A DNA stretch of 64,000 nt from Phycisphaeraceae bacterium (GCA_965214155.1 CBDCBB010000004.1:84248-148247), one strand, 5' to 3'; numbered from the stretch's first letter, positions 9,578-20,228 are shown. Program-made: numbers and translations. The notes: generated by a model from the sequence alone, not told the origin.

Positions 9578-10820
9578 CGAAAGGCCGTCGGGCACTGCGC
9601 GGTGGACCCGCGACCGGTTGATGCTCTCGACGTTCACCGGCCTGCGGCGCGGGGACGACCCGGCCGTAGTGCTGCCGCTCCTGCGCGAGCTGGGCCTTAC
9701 GCACCTGGAGCTCAACACGCCTCTCGAGTATCGGGCGCAGGACCTGCCGGACGCCGACCTTGAGGCCGCGCTGGTCGAGGCGCAGCATCAAGGCCTCGGC
9801 GTGTTCCTCACCAGTCACGCGGCGTTTACCGGCAACGCCTCGCCAAACGAGCCGGTGCTTCGCAAGTATGTGGAGCGGTGGACCGGATACCCGGCGGTGG
9901 CGGGCTACTACCTTTGGGACGAGCCGCGGCTGGACGACTTTGCAGCGGTGCGGCGGACGGCGGACCTGCTCCGCACGCTGGACCCGGAGCGTCTGACCCT
10001 CACCGCCCTGCTGCCAAGCTACGGGCCGTACGGCCACCCCGATGCGTACGCCAGCTACGTCCATCGCTTCGTGGAGATGGTGAATCCCGCCGTACTCTCA
10101 TTCGACTACTACCCCTGCCGCCTCGAACCGGAGACGGATAGACCGCTGGTGTGGCCTGGCTTCTTCCACGACCTGTCGGTCTATTGGGCGGTGGCGGCCT
10201 CAACCGGCAAGCCGTTTTGGTACTACGCCGCCTGCTGCGGGTGGCCGACGAAGGCCGGGCCCAACGCGGTGACGATCGGCGTCCAGGTTTGGGCCGCTCT
10301 AGCCTTCGGTGCCTCGGGCATCCAGTACTTCATGGCCCGCGACTTCACCGGCGAGCTGCTCGACTTTGTCGACGCCCCCGTCGTCGGCACCGGCGAGCGT
10401 GGTCCAACCTTCGAGACCGTCCGGGGCGTGAACCTGCAGGCCGTGACGCTGTGGCCTTGGCTGCAGGGGTTGGAACCCACCGGCGTCCGCTGGCACGTCG
10501 CCGGCGGCGTATCAGGGTCTCTCAACCTGCGCACCCCCGCCGCCGGGGCCACGGGCCTGGTGATCTCCGAGTGGGCCCGCTCCCCCGCCGACCCCGTGGA
10601 GCTGCTGTTCGTGGTCAACCCGGACCTCCACGACACGCGGCAGATCCCCCCGGCGCTGGCGGACCAGGCCACCGTATTGTTCCACAGCGCCGATGCCGAA
10701 GGCGATGATGTTTCGTCAACCCCTACGCTGCGGCCGGGGTCGGCATGTCTGCTCCGCCCCGCGACGATCACCAAGCCGGGGCACCGCGAGTTTGCGTCCC
10801 CCGATCGCACCACGACCTGA
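9570..10820 (+). CDS. Uncharacterised glycoside-hydrolase-like TIM-barrel protein (paralog of the 1471-2814 domain)
   Basis: GTG overlaps the upstream stop; GYYLWDEP, SFDYYP, ALAFGASGIQYF motifs; no signal peptide. Confidence 0.7.
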   Translation: MNSERPSGTARWTRDRLMLSTFTGLRRGDDPAVVLPLLRELGLTHLELNTPLEYRAQDLPDADLEAALVEAQHQGLGVFLTSHAAFTGNASPNEPVLRKYVERWTGYPAVAGYYLWDEPRLDDFAAVRRTADLLRTLDPERLTLTALLPSYGPYGHPDAYASYVHRFVEMVNPAVLSFDYYPCRLEPETDRPLVWPGFFHDLSVYWAVAASTGKPFWYYAACCGWPTKAGPNAVTIGVQVWAALAFGASGIQYFMARDFTGELLDFVDAPVVGTGERGPTFETVRGVNLQAVTLWPWLQGLEPTGVRWHVAGGVSGSLNLRTPAAGATGLVISEWARSPADPVELLFVVNPDLHDTRQIPPALADQATVLFHSADAEGDDVSSTPTLRPGSACLLRPATITKPGHREFASPDRTTT

Positions 10821-10837
10821 GCGAGTAGCCCTGAACG

Positions 10838-12292
10838 ATGCCTGTCGACCGGCCCCACATCGTCCTGATCACCTCCGACCAGCAGCGCTGTGACACCCTC
10901 GCCGCGTACGGCGGCGCCCAGGGGCTATGCCCGCACCAGCATCGCTTGACACGTGACGGCGCGACCTTCGATAACGCCCACACCTCCGCCCCCGTCTGCC
11001 TGCCCGCCCGGGCCGGCCTGCTTTACGGCCTCAACGTCCCGGCACATTACGTCCTCGAAAACGGGTTTCAGCCCCTGCCCGGCCTCACGCCCTTCACCGA
11101 CCACCTCCGCCGACGCGGCTACTTCTCCGCCGTCTTCGGCAAAACCCACTTCGGCCCATGTCCCGAGAGCTACGACCTGATCCACGGCCTGTTCGGAACC
11201 CGCGAGACCGCCCTCGATGACCTCTATCGCGAACGCTTCGGGCACGGCCCGCCACTCCGCGACTTCCCCCACGACTACCGGGGTGAGGAAACCCGTGACG
11301 GCTTCATCGCTACCCTCGCCTGCGAACATGTCGCCCAACATTTTACCGGCCCCTCCCCGACCTTCACGCACGTATCGTTCAACACGCCGCACGGCCCGTA
11401 CCACCCCCCCACCGCCGCGTGGGACCGGGTCAAGGCGATGACGCTGCCGGACGTGCCGTTTGACCCGGAAGATTTTCACCGCCTGCCCGACCACTACACC
11501 ACCGTGCTCCGCAGCACCCATATCACGGGCCACCTCGACCAGCTCACGTCGAACGACCCGGCCGAACGCGAGACGATGGACCGCAACCGCCGGATGTACT
11601 ACGCCATGGCGGTGCACCTCGACGATCAGGTGGGCCGGCTACTTGACGCAATCGAGGCATCGGGTGCTGCGGACCGTACGCTGGTGATCTATACCTCCGA
11701 CCACGGGGTGCTGCTGTACGAGCACGGCATCACCGACAAGCACTTCTGGTACGACCCGAGCTGGAGGGTGCCGCTGATGATCCGCTACCCCGGCGTGGTG
11801 CCGGCCGGGGCACGGGCGGGGTTCGCGTCGCTCACCGACGTGACCGCCACCGTTCTCGCCGCTGCGGGATGCGACGTGCCGGACGTCCAGGGCTTCGATC
11901 TGGTCGGGCCGTTAGCGACCACCGGCGACGGACCGCGGACCGCGGTGGCCGCGGCGCTGCACAACACCGCGGCGGTGGCGACGCGGCGTTGGAAGCTCGA
12001 GCACTATGTCGAAGAAAACCGGACACGCCTGTGGGACCGACTCAACGACGCCAACGAGCTGCACGACCTCTGGACGAGCCCGGCCCACCGGGAGTTGGGC
12101 GAGGGGCTGCTGCGGGCCCTGCTCCGCTGGCACATGGCGACGCAGCCATGGGCCTGGCTCGCGGCGCGGGCCTGGGGCGCGGGGCCGATCGGCGAAGCAG
12201 CGATTGATCACGTGCGGCGGATCCGTGGCACCGACGCCGACACCCGCCTCATGGCGGAAGCCGAGGCCTGCGAGGCGGCGTTCACGGGGTGA
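10838..12292 (+). CDS. Sulfatase (S1 family)
   Basis: PHIVLITSDQQRCD, CLPAR (CxPxR), GKTHF, TSDHG, RLWDRLNDANELHDL. Confidence 0.92.
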   Translation: MPVDRPHIVLITSDQQRCDTLAAYGGAQGLCPHQHRLTRDGATFDNAHTSAPVCLPARAGLLYGLNVPAHYVLENGFQPLPGLTPFTDHLRRRGYFSAVFGKTHFGPCPESYDLIHGLFGTRETALDDLYRERFGHGPPLRDFPHDYRGEETRDGFIATLACEHVAQHFTGPSPTFTHVSFNTPHGPYHPPTAAWDRVKAMTLPDVPFDPEDFHRLPDHYTTVLRSTHITGHLDQLTSNDPAERETMDRNRRMYYAMAVHLDDQVGRLLDAIEASGAADRTLVIYTSDHGVLLYEHGITDKHFWYDPSWRVPLMIRYPGVVPAGARAGFASLTDVTATVLAAAGCDVPDVQGFDLVGPLATTGDGPRTAVAAALHNTAAVATRRWKLEHYVEENRTRLWDRLNDANELHDLWTSPAHRELGEGLLRALLRWHMATQPWAWLAARAWGAGPIGEAAIDHVRRIRGTDADTRLMAEAEACEAAFTG

Positions 12293-12426
12293 CGCAGCCC
12301 GTAGCACGGCACCGCGGGTGCCTCTTCATCGATCAACAATCGGTCGAAGCCCGCAACGTTCTGGCAGCCACCCCACGGTGCCCGACGATAAGAAGTTGTA
12401 GACCGAGTCGCGCTCGCCCCATCCAA

Positions 12427-13476
12427 TCAGCTTAACGGAGCCGCGACGGTGCGGTCATAGGCCTCACGTAAATCCATGACCCGCTGGATCGTCGCGTCGG
12501 GAAGCACCCCATCGCGATTGGGCGGAGTGTTGAGCAGGAGGTTGACGCCCCGCTCGCGGCAGATCAGCCGCATACCCAGCAGTTCCTCGACGCTGCGGAG
12601 GCCGTCGGCCTCGTCCCAGAACCACTCGTAGCCGATGGGGTCGCACACTTCGCCGGGGATGTAAAAGTCGCGGGGCGGCGGGGGTTCGGCCTGGCTCTTA
12701 ATGTCCTGCAGGTCCTGGAGCGTGCGCCCGCCGTAGCTGACTTCGTGCCACGGCCGGTAACCGCGGTGGCTCGACGGCAGCCACCGCTCGATCGCCATGA
12801 GGTCGGTGGGCCAGGCGTAGTCGTAACGGATCTTGGTCCCGTCGCCGAAGCCGTGGTTCAGCATGATCAGCGCGTCGGGCTGTAGCTCGGCGATCTGGTC
12901 GTACTGCCGCTCGCGGCCCTCGTGGCCGAGCAGCCCGGGGATGTCGATCCACACCTCCCCCAGCGGGCCGTAGCGGGTGAGCAGCTCGCGGGTCTGGCGG
13001 AGCTGGAACTCGATATACGCCTGCGTGGCGTGCGGGTACTCACCCATGCTCGGGGTCCGCGAACCGAGGAGGTGGTGGTTGTCCCAGGAGCAGTAATACA
13101 GCCCCGGGAGCAGGCCATATTCGCGGCAGGATTCCACGAACGCCCCGACAACATCAGTGGTATTGCCGCTGGTCCCGACGTGATAGTCGGTCTCGTCCGA
13201 AGGCCACAGGCAGTGCCCGCTGACGTGCTTGGCGGTGAGGACGGCGTAGCGCATCCCCGCTTCGGCGGCGACGCGGACCCACTGGCCCACGTCCAGCCGC
13301 GTGGGGTTGTAGCTGGTGGAGGGCAGGTCGCCCAGCGACAGCTCGCGGCCGTCGTAGGTGCTCATTCCGAAGTGGATGAACATGCCGTAACCAAGCTGTT
13401 CCCAACGGTGCAGCCGCTCGAGGCTGAGGCGTTGGCCACCGCCGTCGGTGGGGTCGGGGGTAAAGTGCTGCTTCAA
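12427..13476 (-). CDS. Alpha-L-fucosidase (GH29)
   Basis: GMFIHFG, QWVRVAAEAGMRYAVLTAKHVSGHCLWPS, GLYYCSWD, EVWID, NLLLNTPP. Confidence 0.9.
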   Translation of the reverse strand: MKQHFTPDPTDGGGQRLSLERLHRWEQLGYGMFIHFGMSTYDGRELSLGDLPSTSYNPTRLDVGQWVRVAAEAGMRYAVLTAKHVSGHCLWPSDETDYHVGTSGNTTDVVGAFVESCREYGLLPGLYYCSWDNHHLLGSRTPSMGEYPHATQAYIEFQLRQTRELLTRYGPLGEVWIDIPGLLGHEGRERQYDQIAELQPDALIMLNHGFGDGTKIRYDYAWPTDLMAIERWLPSSHRGYRPWHEVSYGGRTLQDLQDIKSQAEPPPPRDFYIPGEVCDPIGYEWFWDEADGLRSVEELLGMRLICRERGVNLLLNTPPNRDGVLPDATIQRVMDLREAYDRTVAAPLS

Positions 13477-13841
13477 CGTAGGGTCCGGGTACGGGGGGCG
13501 GGCATGCTACACGCATCACATGCCCGATGTTCCCCCGCTTCCTCGGCTTTGGTGGTGCCCCCCGTGTCCCTATCCCTCCACCGAGTTTCAAGTGATACCC
13601 GCGGCCCGCTCTGGCCCGCCGTCGTTATCACTACTCCCCTTCTCCTGCACGGTCCCAGGTCCTGGTCGATACGACGCTCGGTTGATCAACCCGCGGGCGG
13701 CGTCGTTTGTGCACCTCGTCCCGTCGCGACCGGGAGTATCACGCCGGGGGATCCTGTCTATCCCGTGGGAACGTCCCCCGCCTTGACGTCTTCACCAGCT
13801 AGGCTACACGCTCCAGAACCGTGGGAATTAGATCCGGTCGA

Positions 13842-16322
13842 CTACGCATTGGCATCTAGGGAGATCACGACTTCGGCTCCTGGTGCAAGCGGGTGCGTCT
13901 GGCCGGCCCACCGCAATCTACCGGGCGTGTCGGCAGGGAGCGATACTGCGGCCGACCACGTGCCCGACGGCTGCCGCGTCATCTCAAGTCGCACCCGGCC
14001 TCTCGGATGTGGCGTCTCCGACATGAGGTGATTCAGCGGACCCGGCGCAGGACTGATGTCCACGCTGCGGTAACCGGCCGCTCCCGGCCTCACCCCCGCA
14101 AGCGTGCAATGAGCGTGAAACAACGGGTGGGAGCCCCATGCATGGCAGTCCGACCGGGTGGCACCCGGCTGCTCGACCGGCGTCCGCAGTCCCATGTCCA
14201 CCAAATCCTGCCAGTATCTCAGCCCCGCTACTAAAAGATCGCCGCGACCGAACTTGTGAAAAACTTCAAATAGATAGAAGCGAAAGTAGATGGAAACCGG
14301 GGCGAGATCCTTCTCGATGCTGAACCTCGCAAACAAAGCGGCTGCCGACGCTTGAGGCAGCACGTCGTTCAGCAGCAGCAGCACCTGTGCATGCTCACTG
14401 AAACAGCGATGCGACGCGTCGTCAGCGATCATTTGGCGACGATCATCCCAGAACCGCTCCAGAATCAGACCTCGAAGCTTCTCCGCTTGACGCTCCAGGC
14501 GTTCCGCGAACGCCGCTTCGCCGTGCCAACGCTCAACCTCGGCGGCATGGGACAGCGCCATAAGCCACTGCAAATTGATGATGCTTGACGCCTCCCCTTC
14601 TACCACGCCCGGGGGGCACCCGTCTTGCCACCCCTCGCCAGCGCACCAGTCGACGAACGCCCAGCCCGGCAGCGCCTCCAGCAGCCCGTCACCCGCTGAC
14701 AGCGAGAAAAGTTCATCCACCACGCTCCGTACGCCGCGTAGCCGCTCGCGAACCCACGCCTCGTCGTCGCGGTACAACGCATAGTCCCGCACCATAGGAA
14801 TCCACAGCATCGAAAACGTTGGGGAAAGCTGATAAGGGGAACTGGGATACCGCTCCGCGACGAGGCCCGTCTTGTATCGAGACCAGTCGAACAGCTCGAT
14901 ACCTCGACGGATCGGCCGGCCGTCCGGAGATAGCACATGGGTGAGCAACATCTCAAGCCGCCCGTCGCCCACATACATCATCTGCTCGTAGTACGGGCAG
15001 TCCATATACGTCTCGTGAAGGCACATCTCCAGCCCGCGCCTCGCCATCGGCATGATCGCATCGAGCTGCGGCTGGTCGCTCTGCCAATGCGCCGCGACCT
15101 CCAGCGGGTAACGCGTCTCACGGACCTCGAGCCGGTGGACGATGAGGTCACGCTCTTCAGCCTTAGCGGTAATCCGCAGGTACCTCCCGCTTCGCCACCA
15201 ATGGGATCCGAACTTCGACCGGAATGGGCCGGCTACAAACGTGTCACCAAACCCGGCGAAACGCTTTCCTACCACTTCGTCCCGATTCCCCTTAAGCATC
15301 GGTGAGCGGTCAAGCTCCGGCATGAACAACGACTCGGCCCATTCCCACCGCAGACATCCGGAACCCGTCAAGCGTACTGATGAGAAGCCGCAAACATAAT
15401 TCTGAAGGTCGATGATGACCCACGATGTCGATCGTGCCGGTACCACCAGAGGCGAATCGTTATCGATCAAAGCCGCCCAAGCGGCGACCTGCGCATGCTC
15501 AAGGTCAGCTTCAACAATCGTAAGATCCTCCGCTGCTTTCCGCTGCGGACGATCAGGCGTCAACACGTGCTCGGGGTCATGACCCGCAACCCGAACGACT
15601 CCGAGCGGGTACGGCTTATACATCATCTCCGGCAGCGGGCTAGGCAACAGCCTCCAGTGCCTTGTCATGATGCCGTTTGGGTTGCTCTGCATCGGCCCGG
15701 CTACCACGACCGCCTCCACCGGCTCGTCGGTGCTGGGTAGACCGCCGTCGTACCACCCCTCCGGCCCCACCACAAAGAAGACTTTCATCTCGCGCTGCCG
15801 CCATTCCACATCCGTCGCCCGCGCCACGCACCAGTTCGCGTGCCCCGTGCCGAATTGTTTCCGATGCTCTACAGCGTCTGCCCCGAAGATGAACCCGCCA
15901 CGATGGGATACTTGCGCATGCGGAGACAATTCACCAAGTTGCCAAACTGCCACCTCAAGCTCATATCGTCCGGCCGGCCAATACGTCCTGTAGGTGTGGA
16001 AGCTCCAGTGGTCGACATCGCTCCGATCAGGTCCTGCTGCAACCCGATGCCCGTTGATTGACCAAACGAAACGTTCGTCAGCTGAGATGTGCAGGATTGC
16101 CTCTGTCGTCTCCGCGAAGCTAACCGTCAAGCTGAATTGCAACGCTAACGGAGGTCTCACTTCTGTCTCCTCATCGCAGCCGGGATGCCATACCCATGCG
16201 GAGGATTCGATCCCGTAGTGGAGCCGGATACCCCGGTCTGCTTGAGGCTCGACAGTCGGACAGGTAATTCGTTCTACCAGTGGGAGTGTCGTAGATAATT
16301 CAGGTCGCTCATCTCTTCCCAT
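13842..16322 (-). CDS. Alpha-L-rhamnosidase (GH78-like)
   Basis: HETYMDCPYYEQMMYVGD, WAFVDW, RSDCHAWGSHP motifs; AAGGAG RBS; visibly lower GC than neighbours. Confidence 0.88.
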   Translation of the reverse strand: MGRDERPELSTTLPLVERITCPTVEPQADRGIRLHYGIESSAWVWHPGCDEETEVRPPLALQFSLTVSFAETTEAILHISADERFVWSINGHRVAAGPDRSDVDHWSFHTYRTYWPAGRYELEVAVWQLGELSPHAQVSHRGGFIFGADAVEHRKQFGTGHANWCVARATDVEWRQREMKVFFVVGPEGWYDGGLPSTDEPVEAVVVAGPMQSNPNGIMTRHWRLLPSPLPEMMYKPYPLGVVRVAGHDPEHVLTPDRPQRKAAEDLTIVEADLEHAQVAAWAALIDNDSPLVVPARSTSWVIIDLQNYVCGFSSVRLTGSGCLRWEWAESLFMPELDRSPMLKGNRDEVVGKRFAGFGDTFVAGPFRSKFGSHWWRSGRYLRITAKAEERDLIVHRLEVRETRYPLEVAAHWQSDQPQLDAIMPMARRGLEMCLHETYMDCPYYEQMMYVGDGRLEMLLTHVLSPDGRPIRRGIELFDWSRYKTGLVAERYPSSPYQLSPTFSMLWIPMVRDYALYRDDEAWVRERLRGVRSVVDELFSLSAGDGLLEALPGWAFVDWCAGEGWQDGCPPGVVEGEASSIINLQWLMALSHAAEVERWHGEAAFAERLERQAEKLRGLILERFWDDRRQMIADDASHRCFSEHAQVLLLLNDVLPQASAAALFARFSIEKDLAPVSIYFRFYLFEVFHKFGRGDLLVAGLRYWQDLVDMGLRTPVEQPGATRSDCHAWGSHPLFHAHCTLAGVRPGAAGYRSVDISPAPGPLNHLMSETPHPRGRVRLEMTRQPSGTWSAAVSLPADTPGRLRWAGQTHPLAPGAEVVISLDANA

Positions 16323-16645
16323 GGTAAGTCTCCTTGTCCAGTGTCCAGCCCGGCGTGATCCTAACGCCGATCTCGAGCAACAGGCCTGATCATGGCTTTG
16401 CTGAGCGGAGGTGTCACGGCTTACTTAGGGAGATGTTTCGGCGTCAGGCCGGCCTCCGGCGCGGGGGGCGGTTGATGAACCCCCGCAGCGTGGCGGGGTA
16501 TGACGTACCGCTCAAGGCGTCGGCACCCCGCACGCAGATCACTCGGGCGGCACCAAGGGGGGCATCCCCACGTCGAGGCAGCGCCCGCTGAAGGGCTGAA
16601 ACAGGCGGTGGAGGCGGAAGGACTGCATGAGCGGTCGGGTCCGCT

Positions 16646-18076
16646 TCACGGTGCCGCCGGCCCGAGCACGCGGACGGTCGTGGTCAGGTGCAGTGGCAAC
16701 AGGCCGCGGGCGTAGACCGCCTCGGCGAAGGCGGCGCTGAACCCCTCGGCGGGGGCGGGGAGATCGGCGCGGTAGCGGCCGGCGTCGTCGGGAACCAGCG
16801 CGCGGCTGGTCCACTTCGCCCGGCGGAAGTCGCGCGTCGGAGCGCTCGCGGTCCACAGCAGCACTTGGGCCCCCGCCTCGCCGGGGTCCACCGTCAACTG
16901 CTCTGCACTGTCCGCCCCCCGTGCGTCCGCCCCCCCGCCGCCGTCCGCCGCGGCGTAGTCCCAGGTCAACCCGGGCAGCGGCCGCTCGTCCCGGGCGTCG
17001 CGGTGTAGCGCCCCCACCGCGCCCAGCACCCGCGGGTAGTCGCCGTCCAGGTCGTGGTCCGCGTTGGGCACGTACATCACATACTTCGGCCCCCGCAGCC
17101 CGTCCCAGTACAGGTTCAGCGCATCCACCGTCCAGTACCCGTCGTTGGTCCCCAGCATGAGCAGCTTCGGCTGCGTCACCCGGTCGCGGTAGGCAAACGG
17201 GTCAACGATGCTCACCAGCCGCTGACCCCGCGCACTCTTGAAGCGGCGCGGCAGGTCGAGGTCCGTGTAGTCGTGGATTCGGCCCGAGTACCCGCCGTAC
17301 GCCGCGAGCTGGTGCGGGAGCTGCCGACCCATGTTGAGCATGTCGATCACCGCCGGGGCCAGCGCCATCACCCGATCGTCCACCGCGGCGGTCAGCCACG
17401 TGGTCCAGCCCCGCTTGCTCGCCCCCGTGACGGTGAATCGCTCGATCTTCACCTCCAGCGCCTCGGCCGCGAACCCCTGCACCGCGTCCATCGCCCGCAC
17501 CGCGCTCTTGACCATCGGCAGGAGTAGCGGCCAGGTCTCGTCCTCGGATTCGAGGTAGCGGTCGAAGGTGTGTGCGATGACCTCGTCCTCCACCTTCCCG
17601 CCGAAGACCGGCTGGAACGGGACGTGCAGCAGGAATGCGACGGGCGCCGCTTCCTGCTGAGCGACCGCGGCGACCATCGCCGCCTCGTCGGCGTAGCCGA
17701 GCTTGTCGGTGGGCTTGAGGTAGCGGTCCTTCCACTCGCCGCCCTCGATCACCAGCAGGGCGTCGGTGGTCTTCTCCGCGTTGTCGGGGATGACCACGAA
17801 CAGGCGGTGCCGCCAGGTGAGGCCCTGCCACGTCTGGCTGGTGAGGATCAGCTCGGCGCAATCGGCGTTGCCGATGCGCGTGCGGAAGCGGACCGTCCAG
17901 CCGTAGCTGTCGTCGGGTCGCTCGACGTAGGCGAGCAGCGTGTCGTCGGCGAGGGGGGTGTCGGGGATCATGGGTTCAGCATCTTCCGCCTGCGCCCACG
18001 CGGCCGGCGAGACGCAGCCGAGGATGACCGCGAGCAGCGGGAGCATGGCGACGGTGCGGGTAAAAGTTTCGAGCAT
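16646..18076 (-). CDS. PqaA family (PhoPQ-activated pathogenicity-related) alpha/beta-hydrolase-like secreted protein
   Basis: Signal peptide; LTSQTWQG, WPLLLPMVKSAVRAMD, TGASKRGWTTW, IDMLNM, VDPFAY. Confidence 0.85.
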   Translation of the reverse strand: MLETFTRTVAMLPLLAVILGCVSPAAWAQAEDAEPMIPDTPLADDTLLAYVERPDDSYGWTVRFRTRIGNADCAELILTSQTWQGLTWRHRLFVVIPDNAEKTTDALLVIEGGEWKDRYLKPTDKLGYADEAAMVAAVAQQEAAPVAFLLHVPFQPVFGGKVEDEVIAHTFDRYLESEDETWPLLLPMVKSAVRAMDAVQGFAAEALEVKIERFTVTGASKRGWTTWLTAAVDDRVMALAPAVIDMLNMGRQLPHQLAAYGGYSGRIHDYTDLDLPRRFKSARGQRLVSIVDPFAYRDRVTQPKLLMLGTNDGYWTVDALNLYWDGLRGPKYVMYVPNADHDLDGDYPRVLGAVGALHRDARDERPLPGLTWDYAAADGGGGADARGADSAEQLTVDPGEAGAQVLLWTASAPTRDFRRAKWTSRALVPDDAGRYRADLPAPAEGFSAAFAEAVYARGLLPLHLTTTVRVLGPAAP

Positions 18077-18184
18077 CTGCGGCTTTTCGGGAGGGGCTGG
18101 CGACCCGGATCATGGCAAGCGCGGGAGTGGGTGCAGGGGTAATACGTCGACCGGACCCTGGCCGTTACGCGAGCCGCGGCAGAT

Positions 18185-19741
18185 TTATGAGAACGCCCCA
18201 CGCGGGCGGACCTGGCCGTGGTTTTTGAGCGTCAGCGTGGCGAAGCGTTCGAGCAGGTCGCCGCGGAGCGGGCGGCGGGCAAGGTCGTCGTAGAGGTTGA
18301 CGTATTGGTCCGGGTCGGCGTTGAGGTCGTACAGCTCGCCGGGCTCGCCGTCGCGGTAGAGCACGAGCTTGTAGCCGTCGTGGGTGACCATCGTCTGCTG
18401 GAACACGCGGGGCGTCGGCATGCACTCGACCAGCGTCGCGTCGGCGGCGCGGTCGGCGTCGCCGGCGAGGACGGGGCGAAGGTCGTGGCCCTGCGTGCCC
18501 TGGGCGGGGGTGAGGCCCGCGTAGCCGAGGATCGTGCGGGGCAGGTCGACGAGGCTGACCGGCGCGTCCACCGCGCCCCGGGCGGCGACGTGCCCGGGGC
18601 CGAACGCGAGCAGCGGGACGCGCTGGCAGTCGTCGTAGGCGGTGAGCCCCTTGCCCCAGAAGCCGTGGTGGCCGTGCATCTCGCCGTGATCGGATGTGTA
18701 GAGGATGATGGTGTTGTCAAGCTGCCCGGTGCATTCCAGCGTCTTGATGAGGCGACCGACGGCGGCGTCGAGCATGCCCACCATGCCGAGGGTTGCCCGC
18801 AGCGCCTTGATCGGCTCGGCGTCCCAGCGTGGCGCGTGGTAGACGCAGGGCACGCCGCAGCCGTCGTTGTACCGCACCCAATCACCGCGGGCCGCCTCGG
18901 CATAGAACGCGGGCTTGTCGTCGAACTCGCCGTCGCGGATGCCCTCAAACGGCTCAAGCCCGTCGGCGTCGACCGCGGAGTACCACGGCTCGGGGCACAC
19001 AAACGGCTCGTGCGGGTCCTGGTAGCTCGCCCAAGCGAACCACGGCCGCCCGGAAGCATCGTCCCCGGAAACATCGCTCCCGGGAGCGCCGCCCCCGGAA
19101 GCATCGCCCCCGGCCTGCTGCTCGATCCACCGCACCGTGTTATTCGTCACCCACGTCGTGTCGTGGAACTCGACGGGGATGTTCCAGGCCCCGACGGTGT
19201 AGTGGTCGTGAGCCCCGCCCGCGTGGGGGTACCAGGGCAGGTAGTCGACGCCGGCGTCGTCGAGGAACACGCGGTAGTGCATGTTGGGCGCTTGGTTGAT
19301 CGTGTGGCCGATGGACGTCTCGACGTGGTCGAAGCCGAGGTAGGGCCCGTGCCAGGTGCGGAAGGTGTCGGAGGTGATCGAGGCCTCGCCGATCATGTGC
19401 GGGGCGTGGTCGGCGATGCGGACGAAGTGGGCCTTGCCCAGCAGGGCCGTGGCGTAGCCGGCCGCCTTGAGCTGCTCGGGCAGGGTGGGGCGCGGGAACG
19501 GCTCGGGCGTCACGCCGATGGCGTAGGCGCCGTGCCGCGAGGGGTATTGCCCGGTGAGCAGCGACACCCGCGAGGGGGTGCAGATCGGCGACGGGCAGTA
19601 CGCCCGGGTGAAGCGGACCCCCTCGGTGGCGAGGCGGTCGAGGTGCGGCGTGGCGATCCCGGGCATCCCCGCCACACCGAGGTGGTCATGGCGCTGCTGA
19701 TCGGTCGTGATGAGCAGGATGTTGGGCGGCTGACTCGACAT
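18185..19741 (-). CDS. Sulfatase (S1 family)
   Basis: PNILLITTDQQR, CTPSR (CxPxR), LGKAHF, TSDHG, ELYDLNADPDQ. Confidence 0.92.
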   Translation of the reverse strand: MSSQPPNILLITTDQQRHDHLGVAGMPGIATPHLDRLATEGVRFTRAYCPSPICTPSRVSLLTGQYPSRHGAYAIGVTPEPFPRPTLPEQLKAAGYATALLGKAHFVRIADHAPHMIGEASITSDTFRTWHGPYLGFDHVETSIGHTINQAPNMHYRVFLDDAGVDYLPWYPHAGGAHDHYTVGAWNIPVEFHDTTWVTNNTVRWIEQQAGGDASGGGAPGSDVSGDDASGRPWFAWASYQDPHEPFVCPEPWYSAVDADGLEPFEGIRDGEFDDKPAFYAEAARGDWVRYNDGCGVPCVYHAPRWDAEPIKALRATLGMVGMLDAAVGRLIKTLECTGQLDNTIILYTSDHGEMHGHHGFWGKGLTAYDDCQRVPLLAFGPGHVAARGAVDAPVSLVDLPRTILGYAGLTPAQGTQGHDLRPVLAGDADRAADATLVECMPTPRVFQQTMVTHDGYKLVLYRDGEPGELYDLNADPDQYVNLYDDLARRPLRGDLLERFATLTLKNHGQVRPRGAFS

Positions 19742-20228
19742 TACGAGCAGGGTAGAGCGGCCGCGGTGACGACGCCATCGGCTTTCACGGCTCGTATCCG
19801 CTAAGCCGCGCCGGGAACTCGCCGGGATGTCGATAAACCGGTGCGCGTCCTAGTTGGCGTGGCTGTTGCCCGGACGACCGCCGGGCGACGCCAGCTTACG
19901 TTGCTCGTGCGCCCGGGCGAGTGATCATTCGCGGCGTCAATACATCCTCCGGGAGCGCGTGCTACAACATCGAAAATAGGTTGCAGGACCTCGAGGGTCC
20001 GGCGAAGCGGCTCGGCCGCACCGAGTAGCCGCTGTGAGTGCCCGATCCACCGTCCGAGTCCAGTTGCATGACAAGCAACGTCCTGTACCCCCGCGGCACG
20101 ATCGTCGAACTCTGCACCGATACGCTTCACGTGTATCGTGATGCGGCCAAGAGTCGCATCGGCTTGGCGGCCGAGTCGGTGCGGGGGGTCGTGGAGTTAA
20201 GCAACGCCGGCTGGGTCGGGGCCTGAGG

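Noticed and set aside
13499-13526. CGGGCATG-N12-CATGCCCG upstream of GH29
   Set aside because: Could be an operator, but it is short, GC-rich, not repeated and has no clear -35 context
18218-19804. 528-aa plus-strand ORF
   Set aside because: Antisense shadow of the sulfatase
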